DNA of 64,000 nucleotides. Origin: Gammaproteobacteria bacterium (lineage in GTDB: Bacteria; Pseudomonadota; Gammaproteobacteria; Pseudomonadales; Pseudomonadaceae). The notes beneath the pieces are model-generated. The model did no database searches. It worked only from the letters and a program-made list of their open reading frames with translations, and had not been told where the DNA came from. The stretch spans positions 1,853-65,852 of the forward strand of contig JAMCWB010000030.1 in assembly GCA_023475025.1 (NCBI GenBank). The letters are read 5' to 3'. Position 1 is the first letter of the stretch; every line of letters starts with the position of its first letter. Below, piece by piece: positions 1 to 10,695 of the stretch. Made by a program: the position numbers and the translations under genes.

Positions 1-2828
1 GTGAAATACGCCTGGCGTTGCAGGAGGGCATTGATCGTAAGACCCTGACCACACTGCGCAAGCGCTTCAGTCAGCTCAACCAGACCCGCCTGCGCCGTGT
101 CACCCAGGCGCTGGGCAACCGGCAGTATCTGGTACTGCAGCTGATCCCCCTGCTGTTTGATGTCAATCATCCGCTGCTGCCCGGCTATATTGCCGGGCAA
201 ACCCCTCACGGGTTGAGCGGCTATACACCGGATAACGACACCTTGCTGGCCGCGCAAAGCCTGACCCGCAGCTTTAGCTGGCGCAAACACCCGGCAGGCT
301 TCAACCCGCAGATTCACGGCCTGTACCTGATGGGCAGTGGCGGCACCATTGGGCAGTCGGACAAGAGCGACCTGGATATCTGGGTTTGCCATGATCCAGA
401 CTTGAACGAGGCCGAACGTCTGGAGCTGGCGAGCAAATGCCAGCTGATTACCGACTGGGCCGAGGCCCTCAATTGCGAGGCACATTTCTATCTGATCGAC
501 CCGGTGCGTTTCAGCCGGGGCGAACGTGATAGCGACCTGACCACGGAAGATTGCGGCAGCTCGCAGCATTATCTGTTGCTCGACGAGTTCTACCGCACTG
601 CCATTCAGCTCGCCGGGCGCTACCCGCTGTGGTGGATGGTGCCGGTTGAGGAAGAGCGCAATTATCCGGCCTTCACCGGCGAGTTACTCGGCAAGCGCTT
701 CCTGCGCGAGCGCGACACCCTGAATCTGGGTCACCTGGCTGAAATCCCCGCCGGTGAATATGTCGGTGCCGGGCTTTGGCAGCTGTACAAGGGCATCGAT
801 TCACCCTACAAATCCGTACTCAAACTATTGCTGACCGAGGTCTATGCCAACCATCACCCCGAGGTTGAATGCCTCAGCCTGACCTTCAAGCGCGCCGTGT
901 TTGCTGGTGAGCCGGATGCTGATGAGCTGGACCCTTACATCATGCTGTACCGCAAGGTTGAGGCTTATCTCAAAGCGCGTAATGACCCGGAGCGCCTGGA
1001 GCTGGTGCGCCGCTGCCTGTATTTGAAAGCGGATGTACGCCTGAGCCGGCGGGGCGGCATGCTGGACTGGAAGCGCCAGCTGATGGAGAAGCTGGTTGCC
1101 GAGTGGCAGTGGGATACCCGTCAATTGCAGCAGCTGGACAACCGTCGCCAATGGCGGGTGGAAGAAGTCAGCCGCGAACGCCGCCAACTGGTCAGTGAAC
1201 TGACCCACAGCTATCGCCTGCTGTCACACTTTGGCCGCAGCCATCAGGTGATCAATGCAATCAACAATCGCGACATGTCACTGCTTGGCCGCCGCTTGCA
1301 TGCAGCCTTTGAGCGCAAGGCAGGCAAGGTCGAGGTGATCAACCCCGGGATTGCCCCCGACCTGGCCGAACCCTTGCTGACACTGGCTACCGAGCAGGTC
1401 GACGATCAGACCAGCTGGAAGCTGCTGCGCGGCTCACTCAGCCTGCCGGAAGTGAACGACCACAAGCCCCTGAAACGCACCCGGCACATGATGGAATTGC
1501 TGGCCTGGGGCTATCGCAATGGTGTGATCGATGCCGCCAGCCGCTTTGTGCTGCATCCCGGTGACAGCGCCCTGAGTGAGTTTGAACTGAACAACCTGCT
1601 GGTGAGCTTACGCCAGACGTTCCCCTTGCCGCTGCCACTGCTGACCGAAACGGCCCTGTCCCGTGCCAGCCAGCCCTGCCAGGTGCTGCTGCTGGTCAAC
1701 GTCGGACTCGACCCGCTGCCTGCCAGCAGCCAACGCAACCTGCACCTGATCACCAGCCATACCGATGCGTTGGGCTACTCCGGCCTGCGTGACAACCTGA
1801 TCCTGAGTATCGACCAGATCACCCTGAACAGCTGGAATGAGTTACTGGTGAGTCGCTACGACGGTGAGCAGGCCTGCATACAGGCCTTGTGTGATTTTCT
1901 CAATCAGGGTCAGGCACACCAGCGCCTGCCCGAACTGCAAGTGGCCTGCTATTGCCGCAACCGTTCCAGCGCGATTGCCGAACGGGTAGAAAGCCTGTTC
2001 CGCGACGCTGCCGAGCGCTTGCTGGCAGAGCCGCCGCAGCAGTTTCTGTTGCAGGTACAGACCGGCTTTCGCCTGCTCGAACGGCGCAATGGCGTGATCG
2101 AGGTTACCGCACTGGAAGACCAGGAGGCACTGCAGCGCCATCTCGGCCGCAGCAAGCAACGGCATACCGGGCTCTATCTGGATAACTACGCACTGCAGGG
2201 CCAGGACCTGGCGCTGGTTCTGAGGCAGGACAAACCAGGACGCATTCAGGTGTTCTATCGCTTGCTCGGCAACCAGCAGGCTGAATTCTATGTGCTGGAT
2301 GAACGCGGCTCACTCTGGCGCCAACGGGCAGGCTATCAGGACGAGCAAACCCTGCTGCTGCCGTTGCTGCGCTTTTTGTACAGCGTGCGCCTGCGTCGTC
2401 AGATCAATCAGCCGCTGGATGCCCAGCGTAATCAGGATGAACTGCAGATTGGCGAGATACTGCCCGCCAGCGCCAATCACCCGACCCGTATCTTGCCGCG
2501 CCCGGTCCCGGAACTTAAGCTGGAAGCCGACTTCTACGCCGTTCAGGCGATTGCCGAACCCAGTGCCCAGCATAACAACTGGGTGGTGAGCATCTTTTGC
2601 GAGCATCGCGAGTTTTCTGCGCTCGAACATGGTGATCAATTGTTTGCCGCCGTCGCACGACATATCCTCGATCGCCGCCGCGAGCACTCCCGCTACCCCT
2701 GCTACATCACCGACCTTGACCTCTCGGCTGCCGACCCCGCCGGCAAGATGCAGACCATTCATTACCTGCGCTACCGCCAGCAGCTGGAGCAGGCACTGAA
2801 CCAGGCCATGGACAGCCTGCGCCAGTGA
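1..2828 (+). CDS. cyaA: Class I adenylate cyclase, N-terminus cut by window edge
   Basis: Track ORF 18..2828 (TTG) stays open back to base 3. It is 936 aa. The N-terminal EGIDRK..LIPLLFDVNHPLLPGY and the length are typical of class I CyaA. Synteny with lppL/lysA/dapF is Pseudomonas-like. Confidence 0.9.
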   Translation, partial: EIRLALQEGIDRKTLTTLRKRFSQLNQTRLRRVTQALGNRQYLVLQLIPLLFDVNHPLLPGYIAGQTPHGLSGYTPDNDTLLAAQSLTRSFSWRKHPAGFNPQIHGLYLMGSGGTIGQSDKSDLDIWVCHDPDLNEAERLELASKCQLITDWAEALNCEAHFYLIDPVRFSRGERDSDLTTEDCGSSQHYLLLDEFYRTAIQLAGRYPLWWMVPVEEERNYPAFTGELLGKRFLRERDTLNLGHLAEIPAGEYVGAGLWQLYKGIDSPYKSVLKLLLTEVYANHHPEVECLSLTFKRAVFAGEPDADELDPYIMLYRKVEAYLKARNDPERLELVRRCLYLKADVRLSRRGGMLDWKRQLMEKLVAEWQWDTRQLQQLDNRRQWRVEEVSRERRQLVSELTHSYRLLSHFGRSHQVINAINNRDMSLLGRRLHAAFERKAGKVEVINPGIAPDLAEPLLTLATEQVDDQTSWKLLRGSLSLPEVNDHKPLKRTRHMMELLAWGYRNGVIDAASRFVLHPGDSALSEFELNNLLVSLRQTFPLPLPLLTETALSRASQPCQVLLLVNVGLDPLPASSQRNLHLITSHTDALGYSGLRDNLILSIDQITLNSWNELLVSRYDGEQACIQALCDFLNQGQAHQRLPELQVACYCRNRSSAIAERVESLFRDAAERLLAEPPQQFLLQVQTGFRLLERRNGVIEVTALEDQEALQRHLGRSKQRHTGLYLDNYALQGQDLALVLRQDKPGRIQVFYRLLGNQQAEFYVLDERGSLWRQRAGYQDEQTLLLPLLRFLYSVRLRRQINQPLDAQRNQDELQIGEILPASANHPTRILPRPVPELKLEADFYAVQAIAEPSAQHNNWVVSIFCEHREFSALEHGDQLFAAVARHILDRRREHSRYPCYITDLDLSAADPAGKMQTIHYLRYRQQLEQALNQAMDSLRQ

Positions 2829-2883
2829 CCCTCAGGGCTGGTATACTGGCTGACAAGTTTACCGATTGCTCAAGGACGCCCCG

Positions 2884-3027
2884 ATGAAAATGCTCAGCGC
2901 TGCCTGCCTTCTCCTGCTCATGCTTGCCGGCTGCGGCCAGAAAGGCCCGCTGTACCAGCCCGAAGGTACCGCACAACCGACCAGCCAGGCCGAAGAAGAA
3001 GTCACCCAGCAACCTACGCAACGATGA
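2884..3027 (+). CDS. Small lipoprotein (LppL-like), 47 aa
   Basis: ATG at 2884 and TGA at 3025-3027. The signal peptide ends in a lipobox (MKMLSAACLLLLMLAGC). It is below the ORF-track size cut-off and lies directly upstream of lysA. Confidence 0.6.
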   Translation: MKMLSAACLLLLMLAGCGQKGPLYQPEGTAQPTSQAEEEVTQQPTQR

Positions 3028-3035
3028 GTGAGCGC

Positions 3036-4289
3036 ATGTCAGCTTTTGAATACCGTGATGGCGAACTCTTCGCCGACGATGTTGCCCTGCGCCAGGTCGC
3101 CCAGCAGTACGGCACACCCTGCTTTGTCTACTCACGCCAAGCCATTGAACAGGCCTGGCTGGCCTGGGATCAGGCCCTGAAAGACTGCTCGCGGCTGGTC
3201 TGTTTTGCCGTCAAGGCCAATTCCAATCTCGGCGTGCTGAATGTACTCGCTCGCCTTGGTGCCGGTTTCGATATCGTCTCTGGTGGTGAGCTGGAACGGG
3301 TACTGGCCGCTGGTGGCGATCCGGGCCGTGTGGTGTTCTCCGGCCTGGGTAAAACCGCCGAAGAAATGCGCCGTGCGCTGGAAGTAGGTATTTACTGCTT
3401 CAATGTGGAATCCACGGCCGAGCTGGAACGTCTGCAGCAGGTCGCCGCCGAACTCGGCGTCAAGGCGCCGGTCTCGCTGCGCGTCAATCCGGACGTGGAT
3501 GCGGGGACCCACCCCTATATCTCTACCGGCCTGAAAGAGAACAAGTTCGGTATCGATATTGCGGACGCCGGTGCGGTGTATCGCCATGCCGCCAGCCTGC
3601 CAAATATTGCCATTCACGGCGTTGACTGCCATATCGGCTCGCAACTGACCGAGGTCAGCCCCTTCCTTGATGCCTTGGATCGTTTACTGGTGCTGGTCGA
3701 CGAACTGGCTGCCGAAGACATCTGTATCCATCATCTGGATCTGGGTGGTGGCCTGGGCGTGACCTATGCCGACGAACAACCACCAAGCCCGGGCGATTAC
3801 CTGCAGCAGGTGCGCGAGCGCCTGGGTGAGCGCCAGCTGACCTTGCTGTTCGAGCCTGGGCGTTCGATCGTCGCCAATGCCGGCGTGCTGCTGACCCAGG
3901 TCAACCTGCTCAAGCCGACCGCGCACAAGAACTTTGCCATTATCGATGCGGCCATGAACGACCTGATCCGCCCGGCCCTGTACAGTGCCTGGATGGGTAT
4001 TGATCCGGTGCGCCCGCGTGACGATCAGCCAGCCCAGGTCTGGGATGTGGTTGGCCCGGTCTGCGAGACCGGTGATTTTCTCGGCAAGGACCGTGAACTT
4101 GCACTGGCCCCGGGCGATCTACTGGTGGTGCGTTCGGCCGGTGCCTATGGCTTTGTCATGAGTTCGAATTACAACACCCGACCGCGTGCCGCCGAGGTAC
4201 TGGTGGATGGCAGCCAGCACCATCTGGTGCGGCGACGCGAAACCGTTGCCGAACTTTTTGCCGGCGAAAGTCTGCTGCCCGAGGCCTGA
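3036..4289 (+). CDS. lysA: Diaminopimelate decarboxylase
   Basis: Track ORF 3024..4289. Met5 ([12 protein letters not shown]) was chosen because 3024 overlaps the lipoprotein stop. Motifs of the PLP-dependent decarboxylase family are present (FAVKAN, GGGLGV, CETGD). Confidence 0.93.
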   Translation: MSAFEYRDGELFADDVALRQVAQQYGTPCFVYSRQAIEQAWLAWDQALKDCSRLVCFAVKANSNLGVLNVLARLGAGFDIVSGGELERVLAAGGDPGRVVFSGLGKTAEEMRRALEVGIYCFNVESTAELERLQQVAAELGVKAPVSLRVNPDVDAGTHPYISTGLKENKFGIDIADAGAVYRHAASLPNIAIHGVDCHIGSQLTEVSPFLDALDRLLVLVDELAAEDICIHHLDLGGGLGVTYADEQPPSPGDYLQQVRERLGERQLTLLFEPGRSIVANAGVLLTQVNLLKPTAHKNFAIIDAAMNDLIRPALYSAWMGIDPVRPRDDQPAQVWDVVGPVCETGDFLGKDRELALAPGDLLVVRSAGAYGFVMSSNYNTRPRAAEVLVDGSQHHLVRRRETVAELFAGESLLPEA

Positions 4290-4290
4290 C

Positions 4291-5121
4291 ATGCTGTTGC
4301 GATTCACCAAAATGCACGGGCTGGGCAACGACTTCATGGTCATCGATCTGGTCACCCAGCACGCCAGCCTCAACCCGAAACTGATCCGCCAGTGGAGTGA
4401 CCGGCGCTTTGGTATCGGCTTTGACCAGTTATTGCTGGTCGAGCCGCCAACCAACCCGGATATGGACTTTTGCTACCGCATTTTCAATGCCGACGGCAGT
4501 GAGGTGGAGCAGTGCGGCAATGGAGCACGCTGCTTTGCCCGCTTTGTGCAGGACAAGCGGCTGACCGCCAAAGACGAGATTCACGTGCAGACGGCCGGCG
4601 GCCCCATTGTGCTCAAGGTGCGACGTGACGGCCAGGTACGGGTCAATATGGGCGCGCCCCGGTTTGCACCCAGCGAAATCCCGTTCCAGGCTGACAGTGA
4701 AGCGCAAACCTACACGCTGGATGTTGGCGGGCAAAGACTGGATATCGCCACTGTCTCCATGGGCAACCCCCATTGCGTGACGCTGGTGGACAATCTGGAC
4801 ACCACCGAGGTTGAGCGACTTGGCCCGCTGATTGAAAGCCACCCGCGCTTTCCGCAACGGGTCAATGCCGGCTTTATGCAGCTACTGGATGCACACCATG
4901 TGCGCCTGCGGGTGTACGAGCGGGGTGCAGGTGAAACCCTGGCCTGTGGTACCGGAGCCTGCGCCGCGGCGGTAGCTGGCATTCGCCAGGGCCTGCTGCA
5001 ATCGCCGGTCAAGGTTGACCTGCCAGGCGGGCAACTCTTGATTGAATGGGCCGGAGCCGGTAAACCGGTCATGATGACCGGGCCAGCCACACGGGTATAC
5101 GAGGGGCAGATACGGGTATGA
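4291..5121 (+). CDS. dapF: Diaminopimelate epimerase
   Basis: ATG at 4291 gives [15 protein letters not shown]. Both catalytic Cys motifs are present (CGNGARC, ACGTGA). The gene immediately follows the lysA stop. Confidence 0.93.
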   Translation: MLLRFTKMHGLGNDFMVIDLVTQHASLNPKLIRQWSDRRFGIGFDQLLLVEPPTNPDMDFCYRIFNADGSEVEQCGNGARCFARFVQDKRLTAKDEIHVQTAGGPIVLKVRRDGQVRVNMGAPRFAPSEIPFQADSEAQTYTLDVGGQRLDIATVSMGNPHCVTLVDNLDTTEVERLGPLIESHPRFPQRVNAGFMQLLDAHHVRLRVYERGAGETLACGTGACAAAVAGIRQGLLQSPVKVDLPGGQLLIEWAGAGKPVMMTGPATRVYEGQIRV

Positions 5122-5834
5122 GCGACCAACGCGCCAAGGCCGATGAGCCATTGCCAAGTGCCGAGCAGGTAGCCAGCTACTTGCGCAAGCATCCGGCTTT
5201 TTTCGCCGAGTATGACGAACTGCTGCCGGAGCTGATTATCCCGCACGAGCGCGGGCATTCGATCTCGCTGGTTGAGCGCCAGGTAAAGTTACTGCGCGAA
5301 CGCAATATCGAGATGCGCAACCGCCTGAACCAGCTGATGGATGTAGCGCGGGACAACGACCGGCTGTTCGAGAAAAGCCGCCGTTTGATCCTTGACCTGC
5401 TCGAAGCAGAAAGCCAGGAACAGATCATCGCCCAGGTTGAAGACAGCCTGCGCAACGACTTTCAGGTGCCTTATGCCAGCCTGATCCTGTTCAGCGAAAC
5501 CGAACGTTTCAGCAACGCCCGTTGCGTCACCCATCAGGCAGCACGTGAGGCCATCGGCCACCTGCTCGACAGCGGCAAGACCCTGAGCGGCATCCTGCGC
5601 CCGGAGGAACTGGTGTTCCTGTTCGGCGACAGCGGCAAAGAAGTTGCCTCCTGCGCCGTATCACCTATTCAGTTCCAGGGCCTGCATGGCGTCCTCGCCC
5701 TGGGCAGCCGGGACTCCGGGCACTACAAACAGGCCAGCGGCACCCTATTCCTCGGCTTTATTGCCGATGCCCTGGGTCGCCTGCTGCTGCATCCGCCACA
5801 TATCCGCGACGAAGCACCGGCCAACGATGCCTGA
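5118..5834 (+). CDS. DUF484/YigA-like protein
   Basis: 238 aa with a 4-nt overlap on the dapF stop. It sits in the conserved dapF-yigA-xerC-yigB gene order. Confidence 0.75.
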   Translation: MSDQRAKADEPLPSAEQVASYLRKHPAFFAEYDELLPELIIPHERGHSISLVERQVKLLRERNIEMRNRLNQLMDVARDNDRLFEKSRRLILDLLEAESQEQIIAQVEDSLRNDFQVPYASLILFSETERFSNARCVTHQAAREAIGHLLDSGKTLSGILRPEELVFLFGDSGKEVASCAVSPIQFQGLHGVLALGSRDSGHYKQASGTLFLGFIADALGRLLLHPPHIRDEAPANDA

Positions 5835-6741
5835 GCAGCCAGCTCTGCTACCGATGCTTGATGCCTTCCTGCATCACTTGCAGGCAGAGCGTCAGGTATC
5901 AGCACAAACGGTAACCGCTTACCAGCGCGACCTGCAGGCGTTGGTCAGCGCCATGACCGAGCACGGCATGGACAGCTGGCAACAACTGGATCAAGCACAC
6001 TTACGGCCCTTGCTGGCGCGCCGGCACCAGCGCGGCCAGTCACCGCGCAGCCTGCAGCGCTGGCTGAGCGCAATCCGCAGTTTCTATCGCTACCTGCAGC
6101 GTGAAGGCCACTGCCAACATAACCCGGCGCTGGACCTGCGCGCACCCAAGGCTGGCCGCAAGCTACCCAAAACCCTGGATACCGACCGCGCCGCGCAACT
6201 GTTCAGCAACAGCACAGAGCCCGACTGGATTGCCCTGCGTGACACCGCCATGCTGGAGCTGTTCTATTCCTCCGGCTTGCGTCTGGCCGAACTGGCGGCG
6301 CTGAACACCCAGGATCTGGACCTGAGCCAGGGTGAAGTGCGGGTCACCGGCAAAGGCAACAAGACACGGATTCTGCCGGTCGGCCGTAAAGCCCGCGAAG
6401 CGCTTGACGTATGGCTGACAGCACACCCTCGATTGGAAGCCACCGGCAGTCCGCTGTTTGTCAGCCAGCGCGGCCAGCGTCTCGGCCATAGATCCATCCA
6501 GTTGCGGGTGCGCCAGGCTGGTCAACAGGCGCTCGGCCAGAACCTGCACCCGCATATGCTGCGACATTCCTTTGCCAGCCATATGCTGGAATCCTCCGGT
6601 GACCTGCGCGCAGTACAGGAACTGCTCGGGCACGCCGATATCAGCACGACGCAGGTCTATACCCATCTGGACTTTCAACACCTGGCGCAGGTGTATGATC
6701 GCGCCCACCCACGCGCCAAACGCAAAACGAGCGACTCATGA
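5827..6741 (+). CDS. xerC: Tyrosine recombinase XerC
   Basis: ATG at 5827 within track ORF 5644..6741, with an 8-nt overlap on the upstream stop. Recombinase motifs are present ([34 protein letters not shown]). Confidence 0.9.
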   Translation: MPEQPALLPMLDAFLHHLQAERQVSAQTVTAYQRDLQALVSAMTEHGMDSWQQLDQAHLRPLLARRHQRGQSPRSLQRWLSAIRSFYRYLQREGHCQHNPALDLRAPKAGRKLPKTLDTDRAAQLFSNSTEPDWIALRDTAMLELFYSSGLRLAELAALNTQDLDLSQGEVRVTGKGNKTRILPVGRKAREALDVWLTAHPRLEATGSPLFVSQRGQRLGHRSIQLRVRQAGQQALGQNLHPHMLRHSFASHMLESSGDLRAVQELLGHADISTTQVYTHLDFQHLAQVYDRAHPRAKRKTSDS

Positions 6742-7445
6742 TCCAACTGTTGACCTTTGATCTGGACAATACCCTGTGGGAAACCGAATCCGTGGTGCAG
6801 GCTGCCGAAAAGATCCTGCTCAACTGGCTGGATCAACAAGCCCCTTTGTTTACCCGCAATCTGGACAGCGATGCGCGCCGCGCCTTGCGTCAGCAAGTGC
6901 TGGCCATGGACCCCGAGCTACGCCACCGGGTAACCGATTTGCGCATTGCCGTACTGCGCCACGGCTTGCTCCAGGCCGGCCATCCTGAAGCTGAAGCCGA
7001 GGCACTGGCCTTGCAGGGCTTTGCGGTATTTCTTGACGCGCGCCATGCCGTCGAGCTGTTTCCGCATGCCGAATCACTGCTGGCTGAGCTATCAAAACAC
7101 TATGCACTGGCGACCATTTCCAACGGCAATGCCGATGTGCGCCGGCTGGGCCTGGACAAGTATTTTCAGGCGATTGTTTCGGCGGACGAAGTCGGCATCA
7201 GCAAACCCGCACCAGAGCCCTTTATGGCTGCGCTTGAGCGCGTCGGCGTGGAACCGGGCAATGCCCTGCACATTGGCGACCACCCCTCCGATGACGTGCA
7301 TGGCGCCCGCAGCGTCGGCATGGCCAGCCTCTGGTTCAACCGCCTGAACGCGCCCTGGCCAGAGGAACTCTCGCCGGCGGATGGCGAAGTGAAATGCCTG
7401 AGTGAGATCCAGCCCTGGCTGAAGGCGAACGGCGGTAAGTCTTAG
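6738..7445 (+). CDS. HAD-superfamily hydrolase (YigB-like)
   Basis: N-terminal DxD motif (TFDLDNTLW) and C-terminal [12 protein letters not shown] overlap with the xerC stop. Confidence 0.8.
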   Translation: MIQLLTFDLDNTLWETESVVQAAEKILLNWLDQQAPLFTRNLDSDARRALRQQVLAMDPELRHRVTDLRIAVLRHGLLQAGHPEAEAEALALQGFAVFLDARHAVELFPHAESLLAELSKHYALATISNGNADVRRLGLDKYFQAIVSADEVGISKPAPEPFMAALERVGVEPGNALHIGDHPSDDVHGARSVGMASLWFNRLNAPWPEELSPADGEVKCLSEIQPWLKANGGKS

Positions 7446-7620
7446 GCTGGAAGCTGGGAGCTGGGAGCTGGGAGCTGGGAGCTGGGAGCTGGGAGCTGGA
7501 AGCTGGAAGCTGGAAGCTGGGAGCTGGGAGCTGGGAGCTGGGAGCTGGGAGCTGGAAGCTGGAAGCTGGAAGCTGGAAGCTGGAAGCTGGAAGCTGGAAG
7601 CTGGAAGCTGGAAGCTGGAA
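7446..7620. repeat. Perfect tandem heptanucleotide array (GCTGGRA) x25
   Basis: 175 nt starting one base after the HAD stop codon. Unit variants run as GCTGGAA x1, GCTGGGA x6, GCTGGAA x3, GCTGGGA x5, GCTGGAA x10, with no spacers. Confidence 0.95.
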
Positions 7621-7714
7621 GTATCAGGGTGTGGGTGGGTTGTTGGGCTGTCAAGCCTGGATCTGGCCCCGGCGCTTTTGATGCTCTGTGGATTGCTTAA
7701 AGCTCGATGAACAT

Positions 7715-7824
7715 GGATTGCCACGCCGCTGCGCGGCTCGCAATGACGCCCAGCAGGGGCGGCAGCACTGGGTGTGAGGTTACTGCACGCTGTCATTGCG
7801 AAGGCCGCAGGCCTGTGGCAATCC
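7715..7824. repeat. Pair of inverted REP-like palindromic units (33 nt each)
   Basis: GGATTGCCACGCCGCTGCGCGGCTCGCAATGAC (7715-7747) pairs with the inverted GTCATTGCGAAGGCCGCAGGCCTGTGGCAATCC (7792-7824). The termini GGATTGCCAC / CGCAATGAC are shared, and each unit is internally self-complementary. Confidence 0.6.
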
Positions 7825-7879
7825 ATCCGAACCCGCCACAAAAACCAACAATCGTCAGCCCGGCAACTCGGTCTTAAAC

Positions 7880-7907
7880 TTCCAGCTTCCAGCCTCTAGC
7901 TCCCAAA
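7880..7907. repeat. Short inverted copy of the heptamer array
   Basis: TTCCAGC TTCCAGC CTCTAGC TCCCAAA gives two perfect and two degenerate reverse-complement units of GCTGGAA. Confidence 0.55.
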
Positions 7908-7917
7908 CAATGAAGCC

Positions 7918-8229
7918 CTAGATCGGCCGGCTACCGTATTTGGACTCGGGTTTGCGCGGTGGGTCGTTCAAGACGTCGTCATTGACTTCCTGCACCTTGC
8001 CGCCACGGGCGAGGTACTCTTCGATCTGCTGGGCCAATAACTGACGCTCGCGCTCCTTGGCCGCCAGGGAGGCGCTTTCCAGCTCATCCTTGGAGCTGGC
8101 CGCCGTTTTCTTGCGCTTCTTGCTGACGGCGTCACTGTCGGCATCCTCCGTTTCCGGCAGATCGTCCAGTTCTTCGTCGTCTACCGCATCCATGTCATCA
8201 TCTAGATCATCAGCACTCACGGCAGCCAC
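7918..8229 (-). CDS. Small acidic protein, possibly a SutA-type RNAP-associated factor
   Basis: 103 aa with a D/E-rich N-terminal tail, a central helix (ERERQLLAQQIEEYLARGGKVQEV) and the C-terminal PPRKPESKYGSRPI. The resemblance to Pseudomonas SutA is from memory only. Confidence 0.5.
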   Translation of the reverse strand: MAAVSADDLDDDMDAVDDEELDDLPETEDADSDAVSKKRKKTAASSKDELESASLAAKERERQLLAQQIEEYLARGGKVQEVNDDVLNDPPRKPESKYGSRPI

Positions 8230-8320
8230 CCTTGTGGTTGGAAATCAGGCTATTTATAGCCCAACTGGAAATTTTAACCAGTCCTGACAACAACTTTTTT
8301 CGCAGGCCTGGACATTATCA

Positions 8321-8355
8321 CGCAGAAACGAAACAGGGCGCCCGAAGGCGCCCTG
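8321..8355 (-). terminator. Intrinsic terminator downstream of amtB
   Basis: Read on the minus strand: a 9-bp GC stem CAGGGCGCC / GGCGCCCTG with a 4-nt loop, followed by TTTCGTTTCTG. Confidence 0.6.
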
Positions 8356-8382
8356 TTGCTTGCTACAGCGTTCTACCCAGTA

Positions 8383-9624
8383 TTACTTCTGAGTGAACTC
8401 GGGGTAGGCTTCCATACCGCACTCGGCAATGTCCGCACCCTCATACTCTTCTTCTTCACTGATACGCAGACCGATAGTGGCTTTGATAATGCCCCAGACG
8501 ATCATGCTGGCAATGAACACCCAGGCGAAGATGGCAATCAGACCGACGACCTGCGGACCGAAGCTGGCATCAGCATTAGTCAACGGAACAGCCAGAACAC
8601 CCCAGATACCGGCAGTACCGTGCACCGAGATAGCACCCACCGGATCGTCCAGCTTCAGCTTGTCCAGTGCCAGGATCGAGAAGACCACGATCACGCCACC
8701 AACGGCACCGATCAGCATGGCCTGGAAGCCACCCGGAGCCAGCGGCTCGGCAGTGATCGAGACCAGACCGGCCAGTGCACCGTTGATCATCATAGTCAGG
8801 TCAGTCTTGCCGAACAGGATGCGTGACACGATCATCGCCGCAATCAGGCCACCAGCAGCAGACAGGTTGGTGTTGACCAGTACCTGAGCCACGTTGTTGG
8901 CTGACTCGATGTCCGACATTTTCAGCTCGGAACCACCGTTGAAGCCGAACCAGCCCATCCACAGGATGAACATACCCAGGGTAGCCAGCGGCAGGTTGGA
9001 GCCCGGAATGGCGTTGACCTGGCCATTGGCACCGTACTTGCCTTTACGCGCACCCAGCAGGATCACACCAGCCAGTGCACCGACGGCACCCGCCATGTGA
9101 ACGATACCCGAACCGGCATAGTCGGAGTAACCGATCTCGTCCAACCAGCCTTCGCCCCAGCTCCAGGCACCCTGGATCGGGTAGATGAAACCGGTCATGA
9201 CCACTGCGAAAGCCAGGAAGGCCCACAGCTTCATGCGCTCGGCAACAGCACCGGAGATGATCGACATACAGGCACCAGCAAACACCAGCTGGAAGAAGAA
9301 GTCGGAACGGTTGGAGTAGTAAGGCGCATCATCGCCGCCGGCCAGTACTTCTTCAACGGTGTTTTCCGCACCGATCAAAAAGCCCAGGCTGGGGAAGATG
9401 GAGCCAGCAGAGTCATACATGATGTAGTAACCGATGATGAGGTACATCACCGAGGCAATCGAGTACAGCGCAATGTTCTTGGCCAGAATCTCGGTTGTGC
9501 TTTTGGCGCGGACCAGGCCCGCTTCGAGCATGGCGAAACCAGCCGCCATCCACATGACCAGGATACCTGCTACCAGAAAGTAGAACGTATCAATGGCATA
9601 ACTAGTGTGAAGGATCTCTTCCAT
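8383..9624 (-). CDS. amtB: Ammonium transporter
   Basis: Track ORF 8383..9639, with the start placed at MEEILHTSY (9624). It is a polytopic membrane protein with Amt-family motifs and is paired with glnK. Confidence 0.93.
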   Translation of the reverse strand: MEEILHTSYAIDTFYFLVAGILVMWMAAGFAMLEAGLVRAKSTTEILAKNIALYSIASVMYLIIGYYIMYDSAGSIFPSLGFLIGAENTVEEVLAGGDDAPYYSNRSDFFFQLVFAGACMSIISGAVAERMKLWAFLAFAVVMTGFIYPIQGAWSWGEGWLDEIGYSDYAGSGIVHMAGAVGALAGVILLGARKGKYGANGQVNAIPGSNLPLATLGMFILWMGWFGFNGGSELKMSDIESANNVAQVLVNTNLSAAGGLIAAMIVSRILFGKTDLTMMINGALAGLVSITAEPLAPGGFQAMLIGAVGGVIVVFSILALDKLKLDDPVGAISVHGTAGIWGVLAVPLTNADASFGPQVVGLIAIFAWVFIASMIVWGIIKATIGLRISEEEEYEGADIAECGMEAYPEFTQK

Positions 9625-9675
9625 TGGTAAGCCCCCCATATAGGCTTAGATGCAATGTAGTTGGTTGAAACCGCC

Positions 9676-10029
<354 letters not shown>

Positions 10030-10176
10030 TTATTCAGACTTGCCCTGGGGGGACAGTGCAAGTCTATGCCGAGTTAGAGGCTTTTAGAAACGGACATTGG
10101 CTTTTCTCAAAGTCTCGCTGGTTTAAGTGGCATGCCCGGTGTTGGTCAGGCCAGCAAATCGCAGCTGACAAGGCCT

Positions 10177-10194
10177 TTGCACGTTCTTTGCCAG
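10177..10194 (-). promoter_or_regulatory. Candidate sigma-54 promoter for glnK-amtB
   Basis: The minus strand reads CTGGCAAAGAACGTGCAA, with correct GG-N10-GC spacing. It lies about 160 nt upstream of the glnK ATG and downstream of NtrC-like sites. Confidence 0.4.
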
Positions 10195-10257
10195 CTTTTG
10201 TTTTATTCATATATTTCATGCACTTATATCTTTTTAATGGCCCTCAGCCGGTATCAC

Positions 10258-10307
10258 GCACCCTTTTAGTGCGCATTTTTGGTGCATATCGCCTTTTCCC
10301 GGTGCAT
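10258..10307. promoter_or_regulatory. NtrC-like enhancer sites
   Basis: GCACCCTTTTAGTGC (GCAC-N7-GTGC dyad) plus two GGTGCAT half-sites. Their position relative to the -24/-12 candidate is appropriate. Confidence 0.35.
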
Positions 10308-10420
10308 CGTACTGATCGCGCCACCCAATACCAGCCAACGCTGGGCCTGAATCCAGCCACAGTGATACACTTGAACTTTCTGGCCGGATGCCCCGGCCAG
10401 CCCCGAACACTGGAAGCCCT

Positions 10421-10669
10421 ATGCTGCACAAGGTTCTGATAGGCGCGGTCAGCGGCCAGGCCGCCCGGCTATTAATGAGCGAAAAAGGCCTCTCACCGGC
10501 AGAAATGGAAAGTCGACTTAAAGTGCTGCTCAACAGCGCATTGAGTAAACTCGACGTCGTCAGCCGGGATGAATTCGAGACCCAGCAGGTGGTGCTGCAA
10601 CGCACCCGGGAAAAGCTGGAATCCCTGGAAAAGCGCGTCGCGCAACTGGAGCAGCAGCAGGAAGGCTGA
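10421..10669 (+). CDS. ubiK: UbiK/YqiC-family coiled-coil accessory factor
   Basis: ATG at 10421 within track ORF 10388..10669. It is 82 aa with a helical C-terminal LESLEKRVAQLEQQ. Its position between glnK and yifB matches Pseudomonas. Confidence 0.65.
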   Translation: MLHKVLIGAVSGQAARLLMSEKGLSPAEMESRLKVLLNSALSKLDVVSRDEFETQQVVLQRTREKLESLEKRVAQLEQQQEG

Positions 10670-10695
10670 GCTCTTATAACCTCAATGATCAAGGA

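Noticed and set aside
7446-7620. Possibility that the tandem array is a CRISPR array
   Set aside because: The units are 7 nt and contiguous with no spacers, and no cas genes are nearby. No CRISPR-like repeat-spacer structure was seen anywhere in the window.
7092-7841. 249-aa minus-strand ORF with [14 protein letters not shown] repeats, plus the nested 70-aa ORF at 7442..7654
   Set aside because: It is simply the translation of the heptanucleotide array (3 units = 7 codons) and the REP-like palindromes. It runs antisense into the 3' end of the HAD gene and has no RBS or start context.
10040-10062. Sigma-54-like sequence CGGCATAGACTTGCA on the minus strand close to the glnK start
   Set aside because: The GG-to-GC spacing is 9 nt instead of 10. 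The correctly spaced candidate at 10177-10194 was preferred, and even that one is only moderate confidence.
10056-10439. 127-aa plus-strand ORF in the glnK-ubiK intergenic region
   Set aside because: It covers the glnK regulatory region and shows no motif and odd composition. The ubiK-like gene starts at 10421 in a different context.
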